A stretch of 64,000 bases of DNA from assembly GCA_014804615.1 (NCBI GenBank), contig JAAUZL010000024.1, forward strand, positions 49,800 to 113,799, read 5' to 3'. This document shows positions 43,483 to 52,987 of the stretch, piece after piece. The translations under genes and the position numbers were made by a program. This stretch comes from Lachnospiraceae bacterium. GTDB lineage: Bacteria > Bacillota > Clostridia > Lachnospirales > Lachnospiraceae. The notes under the pieces are model-generated. The model made no database searches. It saw only the letters and a list, made by a program, of their open reading frames with translations, and was not told the origin of the DNA. Each line of letters opens with the position of its first letter. The first letter of the stretch is position 1.

Positions 43483-46257
43483 TTACTGTATACCAATAAA
43501 CAGACTTTCGCAACTAAACTCCAGTTCCCCGTCAAAATGGGACGTCTGGCGGCCCACTCTCTGCAGGGGAAACACGAAGGTAGCATACTCTTCAAAGGGT
43601 TCGTCGCTGCCCAGACTGTCTACTTCTTCTCCTTCCACATAGAGGGTAGTCTTTCCGGATTTTCCCTCCACTTTCAGCTTAACCCACTCGCCTTTCGGCA
43701 GGGTATAATCAAAAGTATAGGTCCTTCCTTCTCTGGCAAAACCCACCTTTCCCGTCTCCGGTTCCACCGCGTAAAAAGCCCAATCACCATAAGCGCTGCC
43801 TCCCTCCGCCAGAATCTGCGCCTGTCCGCTCTCCCCGGCAGTATCTGGCTCCAGCCATACTTCCATGGAAATCTCATACGCCGGCTCTGCCGCCACTGTC
43901 TCGTCATAGAGATATTCGCAAAAAACAGCTCCCTCACTACGATAAAGTGCATCCGGGCTTTCCACCCGCTCTTCTCCCCACAGCTTCGCAGATAACACCG
44001 GTAAGGGCTTCCGAAAACGCTCAAACAGATCGTATTCACTGATTCCCAGATCCAGACTACCGCACATGTCATTCCAGATCATATAGGAAGCACCCAACAT
44101 TTTGGGCGAATAGGACGGAATGGTCTCTATGCGGTTATAGTCGTAAAATCGGTTGGGCGCCCAATTTTCGTACAATTCTCTGCAATCTAAATGGTCATAA
44201 CCGCCGCCCGGTATGATATAGAGATGATTGTTCTGCATATTGATCAGAGAATACCCCGACTCGTACATCTCCCGGGGATCCGCCCACAGGGTACTCCAGA
44301 TATTCATCTGCAGATTTTCGGGCGAAGGCCGCGTTGTGCCGCCCATATTGCTGAGACTTCCCCACAGCCGCACTGTCTTTCCCGATTCCTGAACCAGATC
44401 ATTGATCCGTGTCAGATACTGCCGGTACTGCTCCCCATCGCCGTAATATTCGTCCATGCCGATACCGACGATCTGAGCCTCTCGAAACGCTCCGTTTTCC
44501 TCATCTAACGTCTCCTTCCAGAGCCCTTCTACCAGCGCCACAGCCTTCTCATTTCCCAGATCGATCTGATCCACCGATTCGTTAGCAGTACGCAGGGCGT
44601 ACTCAGGATACAGCTTCGTGATCGAAAGGGAGTGAGCCGGAGTATCGATTTCAGGTACTACCGTCACGCCATAAGCTTTAGCCGTGGCAATAAACTGTGC
44701 AAACTCTTCCTGCGTATAGGCATACTCCTGCGGCGTTTTATTTCCTCCACCTGCCTGCACCCCCAGAACGCCGGATTCCAGACGAAAGGCGCTTTCCGCC
44801 GTCATAGCCTGCTCCGCCGAGGTCGTAAGGCCGCTGGTGGCAAGGATCTCATTATCATTCAAATGAATGGTCAGGTCGTTCATCTTATACCATGACATGG
44901 CTTCCATCATGGTATAGAGCACATCCAGCGACACCGGCTTTCTGGCCACATCAATGCCGAAGCCCCGCACCTCATAGAGCGGATAATCCCGAATCTGTCC
45001 CTGCGGCGCAGTTTCTATCCTGTCCGCGTTTGCAAACAAGATCTGCATCAGCGTGACCGTGCCCCAGCGTATGCCTGTGACCGTCTCTGCCTCTATGACA
45101 CACTTGTCAGTTATATCACAGGTATACCCCTCTTCTCCCAGACCGTTTTCTTCTTCCGCATAGCCCAAATAGATATCTCCCACCCCGGCATCTTCCAAAG
45201 TCCCCCTGCAGACGGTCAGGGATGTCAGAAAACCTCTGTCTTTTTCACAGCGCTCATTCAAAAGCTCCGCCACATCCCACAAAGCCTGCTCGTCACTGCC
45301 CACAATGATCCGCGATGTCTCTTCCGGCTCAAAAACACCCTGACCACCTTTCCACTCCGCAATGGACGGGATCACCCAGTCAGGGCATAGATTTTTCTCC
45401 TGCTCCCCATCAGACGCCACATCTCCTGACAAGTCATCATTCGCAGGAACCTCCACCGTGAAGGCAGCCTCTCTCGTCTCCTCCCGTCCCTGCAGATCCT
45501 CCACAAGATAGCCGACCGTCACTTCCTTGTCCTGAATGGTATCATAGACTCTGCCGTCCGCACCGATCACCTGCTCTAAGTCCGCACCGATCAACGTTAC
45601 TTGGAAACCCTCCGGCGTTTCCGGCATAACCAGCCTTCTTCCGCCGTCCGCCGCAGTTTCTATAACAGGTGTTTTTAATTTGTATGCAGTAGGCTTGTCC
45701 CCGTAAACCTCAAACTCATAGAGGGATACATTCTGGTAGAGATCAGAAAAATCCGCCTCCTCCTTCGACACCGCATAGGTGGAGAGACGCAGATACCGCA
45801 GCTGCACAGACTCTTCCAAAACAATTTCCTGTTTCAGTGTCTCCGGCGCGGTCTCAAAACTTTGCAGCGTCCGCCAGTCCTGCCCGTCCGCAGAAGCTTC
45901 CAGCGCATAGGAAACCGCATTGGCCCTCTCCCATTTGAGCACAACAAAAGAAACTGAAATTTCTTCGGGAAATTCCAGTTGCATATAGTGGGAGGCATCC
46001 TCCCTGTTATTCTCGCTTGACCAGCGGGAAGCACGGTCCGTATCGTTTCCGTCAATAGCCATCGCCGCAGACAAAGTCTCCTGCTCCACACTGTCGCAGG
46101 TAGCTTTTACGCCCCTTCTCAGAGCCAGATTCGGATTCGCGTCCCCAAAATGCTGCCCCCGGAGCAGTACGCCCACAAGCGCCATAGCCGCCAGAACGAC
46201 CAAAAGCACGCTACCCGCTAAAATATAGTTCTTCTTATCCTTCATCCATGATCCCAT
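43483..46257 (-). CDS. membrane-anchored GH20 beta-N-acetylhexosaminidase with an F5/8 type C (discoidin) domain
   Basis: N-terminal TM helix. Discoidin-like AIDGNDTDRASRWSS...MQLEF. GH20 core RGFGIDVARK...LHLNDNE...EIDTPAHS...IGMDEY. Confidence 0.8.
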   Translation of the reverse strand: MGSWMKDKKNYILAGSVLLVVLAAMALVGVLLRGQHFGDANPNLALRRGVKATCDSVEQETLSAAMAIDGNDTDRASRWSSENNREDASHYMQLEFPEEISVSFVVLKWERANAVSYALEASADGQDWRTLQSFETAPETLKQEIVLEESVQLRYLRLSTYAVSKEEADFSDLYQNVSLYEFEVYGDKPTAYKLKTPVIETAADGGRRLVMPETPEGFQVTLIGADLEQVIGADGRVYDTIQDKEVTVGYLVEDLQGREETREAAFTVEVPANDDLSGDVASDGEQEKNLCPDWVIPSIAEWKGGQGVFEPEETSRIIVGSDEQALWDVAELLNERCEKDRGFLTSLTVCRGTLEDAGVGDIYLGYAEEENGLGEEGYTCDITDKCVIEAETVTGIRWGTVTLMQILFANADRIETAPQGQIRDYPLYEVRGFGIDVARKPVSLDVLYTMMEAMSWYKMNDLTIHLNDNEILATSGLTTSAEQAMTAESAFRLESGVLGVQAGGGNKTPQEYAYTQEEFAQFIATAKAYGVTVVPEIDTPAHSLSITKLYPEYALRTANESVDQIDLGNEKAVALVEGLWKETLDEENGAFREAQIVGIGMDEYYGDGEQYRQYLTRINDLVQESGKTVRLWGSLSNMGGTTRPSPENLQMNIWSTLWADPREMYESGYSLINMQNNHLYIIPGGGYDHLDCRELYENWAPNRFYDYNRIETIPSYSPKMLGASYMIWNDMCGSLDLGISEYDLFERFRKPLPVLSAKLWGEERVESPDALYRSEGAVFCEYLYDETVAAEPAYEISMEVWLEPDTAGESGQAQILAEGGSAYGDWAFYAVEPETGKVGFAREGRTYTFDYTLPKGEWVKLKVEGKSGKTTLYVEGEEVDSLGSDEPFEEYATFVFPLQRVGRQTSHFDGELEFSCESLFIGIQ

Positions 46258-46285
46258 CCATCAAGATCCCGCATAGTTTCTTTTC

Positions 46286-46786
46286 CTACCCAAGAAGCAC
46301 GCCAAGCAGTCCGTAGGAGAATACAGACATAATAACCGTAGCAATGGCGATACCCAAAAGCTCTGCCAGGATTGCCTTCTTAAAGTCCACATCCAGAAGC
46401 GCCGCAATCAGAGATCCGGTCCATGCCCCCGTGCCCGGAAGCGGAATGCCCACAAACAGCACCAGTCCCCAAAATTCATAGCGTTTGATATTGTCACTCT
46501 TTCCCATCGCCCGGTTCTCCAGCTTCTCGATGATCCCGCGAAAAAGCTTAATCTTCTTGAGCCACTTAAACACCTGTTTGATGAACAGCAGGATAAACGG
46601 AATGGGAATGATATTACCAACGATACAAAACGGGATCGCCCTGGTGATCGGCACCTGCAGCAAACTGGATACGATCAGTCCGCCTCGAAGCTCCAGAATC
46701 GGAATCATGGAGATGATAAAGACCACCAGTTCCTTACTTACATACCGTCCTAATGTATTGGCAAATGCCACTGCTAAACTTTCCAT
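46286..46786 (-). CDS. small multi-pass membrane protein (COG2426 / Sm_multidrug_ex-like)
   Basis: PILELRGGL motif and four predicted TM segments; 166 aa. Confidence 0.55.
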   Translation of the reverse strand: MESLAVAFANTLGRYVSKELVVFIISMIPILELRGGLIVSSLLQVPITRAIPFCIVGNIIPIPFILLFIKQVFKWLKKIKLFRGIIEKLENRAMGKSDNIKRYEFWGLVLFVGIPLPGTGAWTGSLIAALLDVDFKKAILAELLGIAIATVIMSVFSYGLLGVLLG

Positions 46787-46805
46787 ACTATCATGATTCC
46801 TTTCC

Positions 46806-47858
46806 TTAGACTATCTTTTCCAGCGCTTGATAGAGTGCCTCCATCTGCTCCTCCGTGCCGATGGTGATCCGCAGGAAATTCTTGATCCGCTCCTTATCCC
46901 ACCACCTGACATATATGTCATTTTCTTTCAACCGCTCAAAAATTTCCCGGGCAGACACACTTTTGTGGGAGGCGAAAATAAAATTGGCGCAGGATTTCGG
47001 GAACTGAAATCCCAGCCGCGCAAGCTCCTGCTCCGCCCGCGTTCTCGTCTGTATGATTTTATGGCAGCACTGCTCAAAATATGCCTCATCCCGCACCGCC
47101 TCCACACCCAGCGCAAGCGCCGCCGTGTTCATGGTGTAAGAATTGACGGAATACTTCACATCGTTCAGGTAGCGGATCAGCCGGGGCTGTCCCATCGCGT
47201 AACCGATGCGCATACCGGCCATGGACCTGGATTTGGAAAAAGTCTGTACCACCAGCATATTATCATATTTCTCGATCAGCGGCAGTGCACTCGTGCCGCC
47301 GAAATCAATGTAAGCTTCGTCCACGATCACCACCACATCCCGATTATTTCTCACAATCTCTTCTACCATATCAAGGGACAGCAGCTCCCCTGTTGGCGCA
47401 TTGGGATTCGGAAAGACCACTCCGCCGTTAGGCTGTGTGTAATCCTGCGGCCGAATCTGAAAGCTCTCATCCAGGGGCTTCACCTCATAGGGAATCTTAT
47501 ACACCTCCGCCCATACATCATAGAAAGAATAGGTGATGTCCGGGAAAAAAATCGGCTGACCGGAATTGAAAAAGGTCAGAAATGCCATGGACAACACATC
47601 ATCGGAACCCACCCCGATAAAGATCTGGTCTGTCCCGATGCGGTAGTGCTCCGAAAGCGCCTTCGCCAGCTCCGTTTTCTCCGGAAACGCCGGGTACAAG
47701 CGCAGCTTATCTATTTCCATAGCCGCCATAGCCGCCTCTACTCCCGGCGCCGGCGGATAGGGGTTCTCATTGGTATTCAGCTTGATGATCCCTGTCTTTT
47801 CAGGCTGCTCCCCCGGCGTATAAGGGACTACCCTTCTCACATTTTCTTCCCATTTCAT
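46806..47858 (-). CDS. hisC: histidinol-phosphate aminotransferase family (class II aminotransferase)
   Basis: VPYTPGEQP...IKLNTNENPYPP...QTFSKSRSMAGMRIGY. Start moved to M25. Confidence 0.8.
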   Translation of the reverse strand: MKWEENVRRVVPYTPGEQPEKTGIIKLNTNENPYPPAPGVEAAMAAMEIDKLRLYPAFPEKTELAKALSEHYRIGTDQIFIGVGSDDVLSMAFLTFFNSGQPIFFPDITYSFYDVWAEVYKIPYEVKPLDESFQIRPQDYTQPNGGVVFPNPNAPTGELLSLDMVEEIVRNNRDVVVIVDEAYIDFGGTSALPLIEKYDNMLVVQTFSKSRSMAGMRIGYAMGQPRLIRYLNDVKYSVNSYTMNTAALALGVEAVRDEAYFEQCCHKIIQTRTRAEQELARLGFQFPKSCANFIFASHKSVSAREIFERLKENDIYVRWWDKERIKNFLRITIGTEEQMEALYQALEKIV

Positions 47859-47862
47859 TCTG

Positions 47863-48885
47863 TCATTTCTCCTCCTGCTGCCACTTTGCCGCCAGTCTGG
47901 TGTACTCCGCCGCCTGCTCCTCGTTGCCAAGCTCCTGATAGCACTTGGCGAGCCCCCGCAAAGGCAGATCGCCGCCGCAGTGTATATTCAAGACACTCTC
48001 CGTCTCATAAGCTGCATTGTACAGCCATATGACAGCCTCGTCATAATCCTGCCGTTCCATATAAAAAGCGCCCAGCTCACAGCAGATCTCCGAGCAGCCC
48101 TCAGACGCCACCGCCTTCATGGCATACTTAAAGAAATCCGCCACGTCCCCGGCAAGTCTCGCCGCTCTCGCCGCCACGCAGGCAGCCTCCATGAGCTCAT
48201 CCTCTCCCCGCTTCTCATCCTGACAGGAGGCCTTAAAAAAAGCCCGGGCATCCAGAAAATCCTGTATCTCCCCGGAAATAAAAAGCTCCTTCGCGTAAAT
48301 ATTGTGAAGTCTTTTATCGATAGGCTCCCCCGCCTCCGCCAGTCTGGCGAAAGCCTGCAGATCCCTGTCCTTATGGTTTTCCTCCGGGAGATGCTGGATC
48401 TGGATCTCGCTATCATAAATAACAGGTGTGATTCCTATCTGCTCGTGGATCGCTCCCTGCCATCGAAAGGTTCTGTTCCTCTTAAAAAGCTTGGGGCGAA
48501 GCTCCTTGTCGTAATTGTAGATAGTGCCGTGGCTGAGCTGGTTGGCATAGTACATCTGCACGATCTCGATCTCGGGAAGCAAAGTCTCCTTTAACTGCAA
48601 AAAGGCCGTTCGATTCTCCTCATCCAGCACCTCGTCTGCATCCGCCGAATAGATATACTCCATTTTCGCCTTGGAAAAGGCAAAATTCCGCGCCTCCGAG
48701 AAATTCCCCGTCCAGGCAAAGTCGTAGATCTGCTCCGTGTACCTTGCTGCGATCTCTTTCGTGGCATCCGTAGAGCCGGTGTCCACGATGATGATCTCAT
48801 CCATGAGCCCCGCCAGACTGTCCAGGCACCTTGCCAGGATCCGCTCTTCATTTTTCACGATCATACACAAGCTGACTGTGATCAT
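47863..48885 (-). CDS. GT2-family glycosyltransferase with C-terminal TPR-like region
   Basis: VSLCMIVKNEERILARCLDSL...IIIVDTGSTDATKEIA. The C-terminal part is helical-repeat-like. Confidence 0.7.
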   Translation of the reverse strand: MITVSLCMIVKNEERILARCLDSLAGLMDEIIIVDTGSTDATKEIAARYTEQIYDFAWTGNFSEARNFAFSKAKMEYIYSADADEVLDEENRTAFLQLKETLLPEIEIVQMYYANQLSHGTIYNYDKELRPKLFKRNRTFRWQGAIHEQIGITPVIYDSEIQIQHLPEENHKDRDLQAFARLAEAGEPIDKRLHNIYAKELFISGEIQDFLDARAFFKASCQDEKRGEDELMEAACVAARAARLAGDVADFFKYAMKAVASEGCSEICCELGAFYMERQDYDEAVIWLYNAAYETESVLNIHCGGDLPLRGLAKCYQELGNEEQAAEYTRLAAKWQQEEK

Positions 48886-48901
48886 GCTCTTTTATCCTTC
48901 T

Positions 48902-49291
48902 CTAATATATCCCGGAAAATCCGTGCGTGTAGAGTACTTCCTGCCGCATCCGCTCCTCCACGGGCAGCCACACCTCGCTCCTCCCTGCCCGAAGCAGAAG
49001 ATTCTCGTAACGATGCCGCCGTACAAATTTCGCAGAGGCTAACAGCAGATAGACAGTCGTGCAGGAGGCATCTCCCGCCGCCTCACACATATTTACGACA
49101 TATGTGTCATTTACTCTTCGCAGGCGCTCTCTACCGAGAAACCGGTATCTCCTGCCGTCCCAGTTATAGATCCGCACTGTGTGCCAGATCAGATCATGCC
49201 GTATCGCCGCCAAAAGAAACGCAAGCAGAAACAGCGCTGCGACAACCCATATGCGGCTGTCATTTACGAGTAACATCAGTTCTTTTACCAT
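48902..49291 (-). CDS. small membrane protein, function unknown
   Basis: TM helix RIWVVAALFLLAFLLAAI. No recognisable family. Confidence 0.4.
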   Translation of the reverse strand: MVKELMLLVNDSRIWVVAALFLLAFLLAAIRHDLIWHTVRIYNWDGRRYRFLGRERLRRVNDTYVVNMCEAAGDASCTTVYLLLASAKFVRRHRYENLLLRAGRSEVWLPVEERMRQEVLYTHGFSGIY

Positions 49292-49383
49292 TGTGCCTCC
49301 AATCGGGCACATCTCTCCGTATACTCATTAGAGTAACACACTCCCCCGTCGATTGCAATTCAAACCCACATAAGATATAATCA

Positions 49384-49405
49384 TCGCAGGATCAGTATCC
49401 TGCGA
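49384..49405. promoter_or_regulatory. 8-bp inverted repeat in a divergent intergenic region
   Basis: TCGCAGGA-tcagta-TCCTGCGA, 36 nt upstream of ATG 49442. Confidence 0.3.
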
Positions 49406-49441
49406 CATTTCACTATATTGGCATCAGAAAGGAAATCCTCC

Positions 49442-50554
49442 ATGAATACGCAGAAAGATAACCACAGTATCACCGGCAGCCCCCTTATGATCGTCGAATT
49501 TATTATCATCCAGACTATCATCTGGGGATTTGCACTCTGTATCCTGTTTTACGTTCTAGATCTTTTCCTGGCAGGCTTTTTCTATCTGCCGGGGCAGATG
49601 AACCGTTTCCCCTTTATTCTGCTCTTTTATTATCTGCGGATGCTCGTTACCTGGCCGGGCGTCATGTGCACTGCCCTGATCATCACGGTGATCCGCTGTC
49701 TTTTTCGCCGCACTGAAGTTACCTTATCCGGCGATACCGTAATCATCCGCCGTCTCCGCCATACGGAACACCTTTTTCTGGCGGATTTTATCCGTCCGAA
49801 AACCGTGGAATCCTATATCAACATTCATTTCATCGGCTGGGTCTTCCGCAGACGCTACTTGATTTTTCGGGATGACGCCGGAAAAGATGTCAAATACCGG
49901 CTCTTTGAATACAGCGAAAAAGACTTGAATCAGGTTATGCAGCTTCTCACACGGGTAAGCCGCTCAGAGCATCTCGCAGAAGATGACAAAACAGAAATTA
50001 TGATGAATGCTTTTCAAAATACAACAGAAATCGCAATAGATCCCCGACACATCTGGTCTGTCATGGCACGCCGTCTGCTCATCCTGTGCGTCATCAGTCT
50101 GGCGGTCTTTGGCGTATCCATCTTCCTGTTTTATCAGATGCTGACAATTCCCCCTCAGTACGATACAGCTTCCACGCTCCTTACAGTCATCGGATATGGC
50201 TCCATCCTATTTTCTCTTTGCAGCCTTTTTGTGCTGTGCCGTGTGCTTTGGACTTTGTCCATAAACGCCGTGCTTCGACTCTCCTGCCCGCAAAAAATTT
50301 CTTTCGCCGGCAATATGCTGCAGATTGACCACACCACATACAGCGTAAACCGTATTCGTCAGATCGTCATGAATCCGCCCGCAAGAAAGCTGCCCTTATT
50401 CGGCCATTACCAGATCACGATCATCACCACGGAGGGTACGCACAAATACTGGCTCGGCAATACCGAAGGACTGAGCCACGGAACCTGGCAGACGCTCTGC
50501 CGCAATATGCAAAGCCTGCTGATTTCATGTCCTGCCAAACTGACTTACTATTAA
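49442..50554 (+). CDS. multi-pass membrane protein with two PH-like (bPH) soluble segments, function unknown
   Basis: Two hydrophobic hairpins, each followed by a soluble segment of about 90 aa. Start set at the ATG after AGGAAA rather than the TTG in the track. Confidence 0.45.
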   Translation: MNTQKDNHSITGSPLMIVEFIIIQTIIWGFALCILFYVLDLFLAGFFYLPGQMNRFPFILLFYYLRMLVTWPGVMCTALIITVIRCLFRRTEVTLSGDTVIIRRLRHTEHLFLADFIRPKTVESYINIHFIGWVFRRRYLIFRDDAGKDVKYRLFEYSEKDLNQVMQLLTRVSRSEHLAEDDKTEIMMNAFQNTTEIAIDPRHIWSVMARRLLILCVISLAVFGVSIFLFYQMLTIPPQYDTASTLLTVIGYGSILFSLCSLFVLCRVLWTLSINAVLRLSCPQKISFAGNMLQIDHTTYSVNRIRQIVMNPPARKLPLFGHYQITIITTEGTHKYWLGNTEGLSHGTWQTLCRNMQSLLISCPAKLTYY

Positions 50555-51679
50555 AGAAATCCCTTTTTGCAGCAACAGCGGCAGGACCACACCCGCCGCC
50601 AGATAGACCATCTGAAAGGTCTCTGCGCCCCGCACCAGATAATAGTAGTCTATATCCGTGTGAAATCTCACAAAGTCAAAATCCGCCAGGAATCCCGTAT
50701 GGGCGGCGATCCCCGCCAGAATCCCCTTTATCAGCATAAAAGCCATCACATGGTGCATCATCACCGCGTAAGTATTACGGCTCAGGTATCGAAAAAAACC
50801 GCCCGCCGTCATACCGCTCTGCTGCCTTCCACAGAGCGGAGAAAGAATCCTCGCCACCCGCAGCCAGAAGGCTATACCTGACACTACTGTCACATATGGA
50901 ATGACCGGCCCGTTGGCAAAGCCCGTACACCACACACTGCTGTACGCAAGGCCGTTACAGCACAGAGACAGGACCAGCTGCGCCCCGATCACAACGGCAA
51001 AATAGGGAACATTTCTCAGTGTATCACGATCCTCCAGCTTCTTTTTATAAAATTGCCCCATCTGAAAGCAGGGATAAAGAAAGAGAATCCGCCCCGGTGT
51101 CTTATAAAGCCCCCACACGTGGCCGCCAATGGCAAGCTGCACCACCGCCATGCCCACCGCCAGCGATCCCGCCAGTATCAGCCATTCATATTGTAAGCGA
51201 AGCTTTCGCAGAATCAGACGCATACACAGATTCATCATTTCGATCAGAAAAAGCACCGGCACAAACCAGGCCGCGTAATTATAGATAAACTGATAACCGT
51301 TCAGGAAGGGGGACACAAAAAGAGTCTTTAAAGAGATTGCTTCTCCCATCTCAAATCCGCCGCAAGCCCGCAAAGCCCAAGCGACAAGCCCATAAATCAG
51401 ATTCCAGATAAAGTAGGGCAGAAGAAGCCGCTTCGCCTTCTTCTTTATATATATAAGCGGATGCTCTTCCTCCTCTGCGCGATAGAAATAACCGGAAATA
51501 AACAGAAAAAGAGGCACATGAAAGGAATAATAGGGAAACAGGCCGCCCACCGTCAAAAGATCATACCCCACATGACCCGCCACGATCATGATGATGGCCA
51601 AGGCTGAGAGAATGCCGAAAGTGACATTATAGGCTTTTTCTTTTTCTTCTGTATGTGATATATATGACATATGTGTCAT
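50525..51679 (-). CDS. acyltransferase family 3 (membrane O-acyltransferase)
   Basis: ILSALAIIMIVAGHVG...HVPLFLFISGYF. About 10 TM segments. Confidence 0.7.
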   Translation of the reverse strand: MTHMSYISHTEEKEKAYNVTFGILSALAIIMIVAGHVGYDLLTVGGLFPYYSFHVPLFLFISGYFYRAEEEEHPLIYIKKKAKRLLLPYFIWNLIYGLVAWALRACGGFEMGEAISLKTLFVSPFLNGYQFIYNYAAWFVPVLFLIEMMNLCMRLILRKLRLQYEWLILAGSLAVGMAVVQLAIGGHVWGLYKTPGRILFLYPCFQMGQFYKKKLEDRDTLRNVPYFAVVIGAQLVLSLCCNGLAYSSVWCTGFANGPVIPYVTVVSGIAFWLRVARILSPLCGRQQSGMTAGGFFRYLSRNTYAVMMHHVMAFMLIKGILAGIAAHTGFLADFDFVRFHTDIDYYYLVRGAETFQMVYLAAGVVLPLLLQKGISLIVSQFGRT

Positions 51680-51822
51680 GTTGTATTTTCCCTTCCATAG
51701 CTGCCCGCCGCCACAATAATTGGCTCACGCCTGAAAATATGCTACACTGTAAGCAGGCTATAATTCATCTTACCACAAATGAACCGTTCCTGCACACAAA
51801 CAGGAAAGAAAGAGAATTTCCT

Positions 51823-52935
51823 ATGATAAGAAACACCGATAAGATATACACCGCTATAGGCAGGCATCTGATGTTATTCTTCCTTCTTCTGCCCGTCACA
51901 GCCGTCACGCTTACCGCCTGCGGGCAGGATACCGTGCTCCCTGCAGAGTCTCCGTCTGCTGTCACCACAGAGAAGCCCGAACCACTTCCAAGCGAGCAAT
52001 TCCTGCGCGAATTTGACGTCGTGCAGGATATCCACAGGGACAGTTTTTCCCCCATACCGGCAGAAGATGTTCCGCGCAGCGCTTTCCCGGAGCTGAGCGT
52101 CCCCACCTACGTCACGAAGGTAGAGAACACCTGGTTTATCGTGGACTGCTATCACAACCAGATCCTCTACCACGACAACCTGACAGATCCCCTGACAGAC
52201 TGGCAGGTCATGACAGATGAGATCAACAGAGGGCACACTCTCGTCAGCGACGGTCTGGTCTATCTGGCGGATGACACAGAAAACAACCGCATTCTGGTCT
52301 TTGAAAAAAAGGAAGGCATTTTCTATCATACACAGACTCTGGATGATGTCGGAAACCGCCCTCACTATATTCTCTATGATGCCCCCACGGACACCTTCTA
52401 TGTATGGAGCTCCATGAGCGGCGAAATGTTCCTGTGCCGCCACGACCCGGGAGATCCCCGTATGTACCTCACCGAACACAAGAGCGTCCATCCTCTCTCT
52501 GAGAAGGACGCTTATGTGCGCTCCTTTACCATCGATGGCGACCATATCTATTTCGTCGCCGGCATCCCCGGCTCCCCCGCCATCCTGCAGGCGGACCTGC
52601 ATACCTTTGCCATCCAGGAGACCTATCCCGTGCCTGACAGCATCGCCGGGATGGTACAACTCACCATCGCAGAGGGAAGCTTTTATATCACCGTCTCCAC
52701 CGACATCGCCGGAAATCAGGACTTTGCCACTATGATCCGCACGAATGATCTGTCAAAGCTTGCAGAGGGCGATTACGAGGATGTGTACGCAAACTTTATC
52801 GGCGGAGGCACGCCTTATTACATCACTTTGATTGATAACACCTATTATTTAACTGAACACCGCATCCCCGGACACGCTGTCTGGAAATTTCAGATCACCG
52901 AGGACGGCATTCACGACGTAGAGGCCGTCTACTGA
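51823..52935 (+). CDS. lipoprotein, function unknown
   Basis: Start moved to M57. Signal peptide with lipobox LTAC (LLLPVTAVTLTACGQD). Confidence 0.55.
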   Translation: MIRNTDKIYTAIGRHLMLFFLLLPVTAVTLTACGQDTVLPAESPSAVTTEKPEPLPSEQFLREFDVVQDIHRDSFSPIPAEDVPRSAFPELSVPTYVTKVENTWFIVDCYHNQILYHDNLTDPLTDWQVMTDEINRGHTLVSDGLVYLADDTENNRILVFEKKEGIFYHTQTLDDVGNRPHYILYDAPTDTFYVWSSMSGEMFLCRHDPGDPRMYLTEHKSVHPLSEKDAYVRSFTIDGDHIYFVAGIPGSPAILQADLHTFAIQETYPVPDSIAGMVQLTIAEGSFYITVSTDIAGNQDFATMIRTNDLSKLAEGDYEDVYANFIGGGTPYYITLIDNTYYLTEHRIPGHAVWKFQITEDGIHDVEAVY

Positions 52936-52987
52936 CAGCCTCTTCTCTATCGCCACATATAAGCAATGTTCTTTTATGACATCTATG

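Noticed and set aside
46827-48032. 401-aa plus-strand ORF
   Set aside because: It is antisense to the hisC-like gene and the 3' end of the GT2-TPR gene. The composition is Arg/His/Pro-rich, with no recognisable motif and no RBS.
51874-52659. 261-aa minus-strand ORF
   Set aside because: It is antisense to the lipoprotein gene 51823..52935, which has a proper RBS, signal peptide and lipobox. The antisense frame is Gly/Asp/Val/Arg-rich with no start context.
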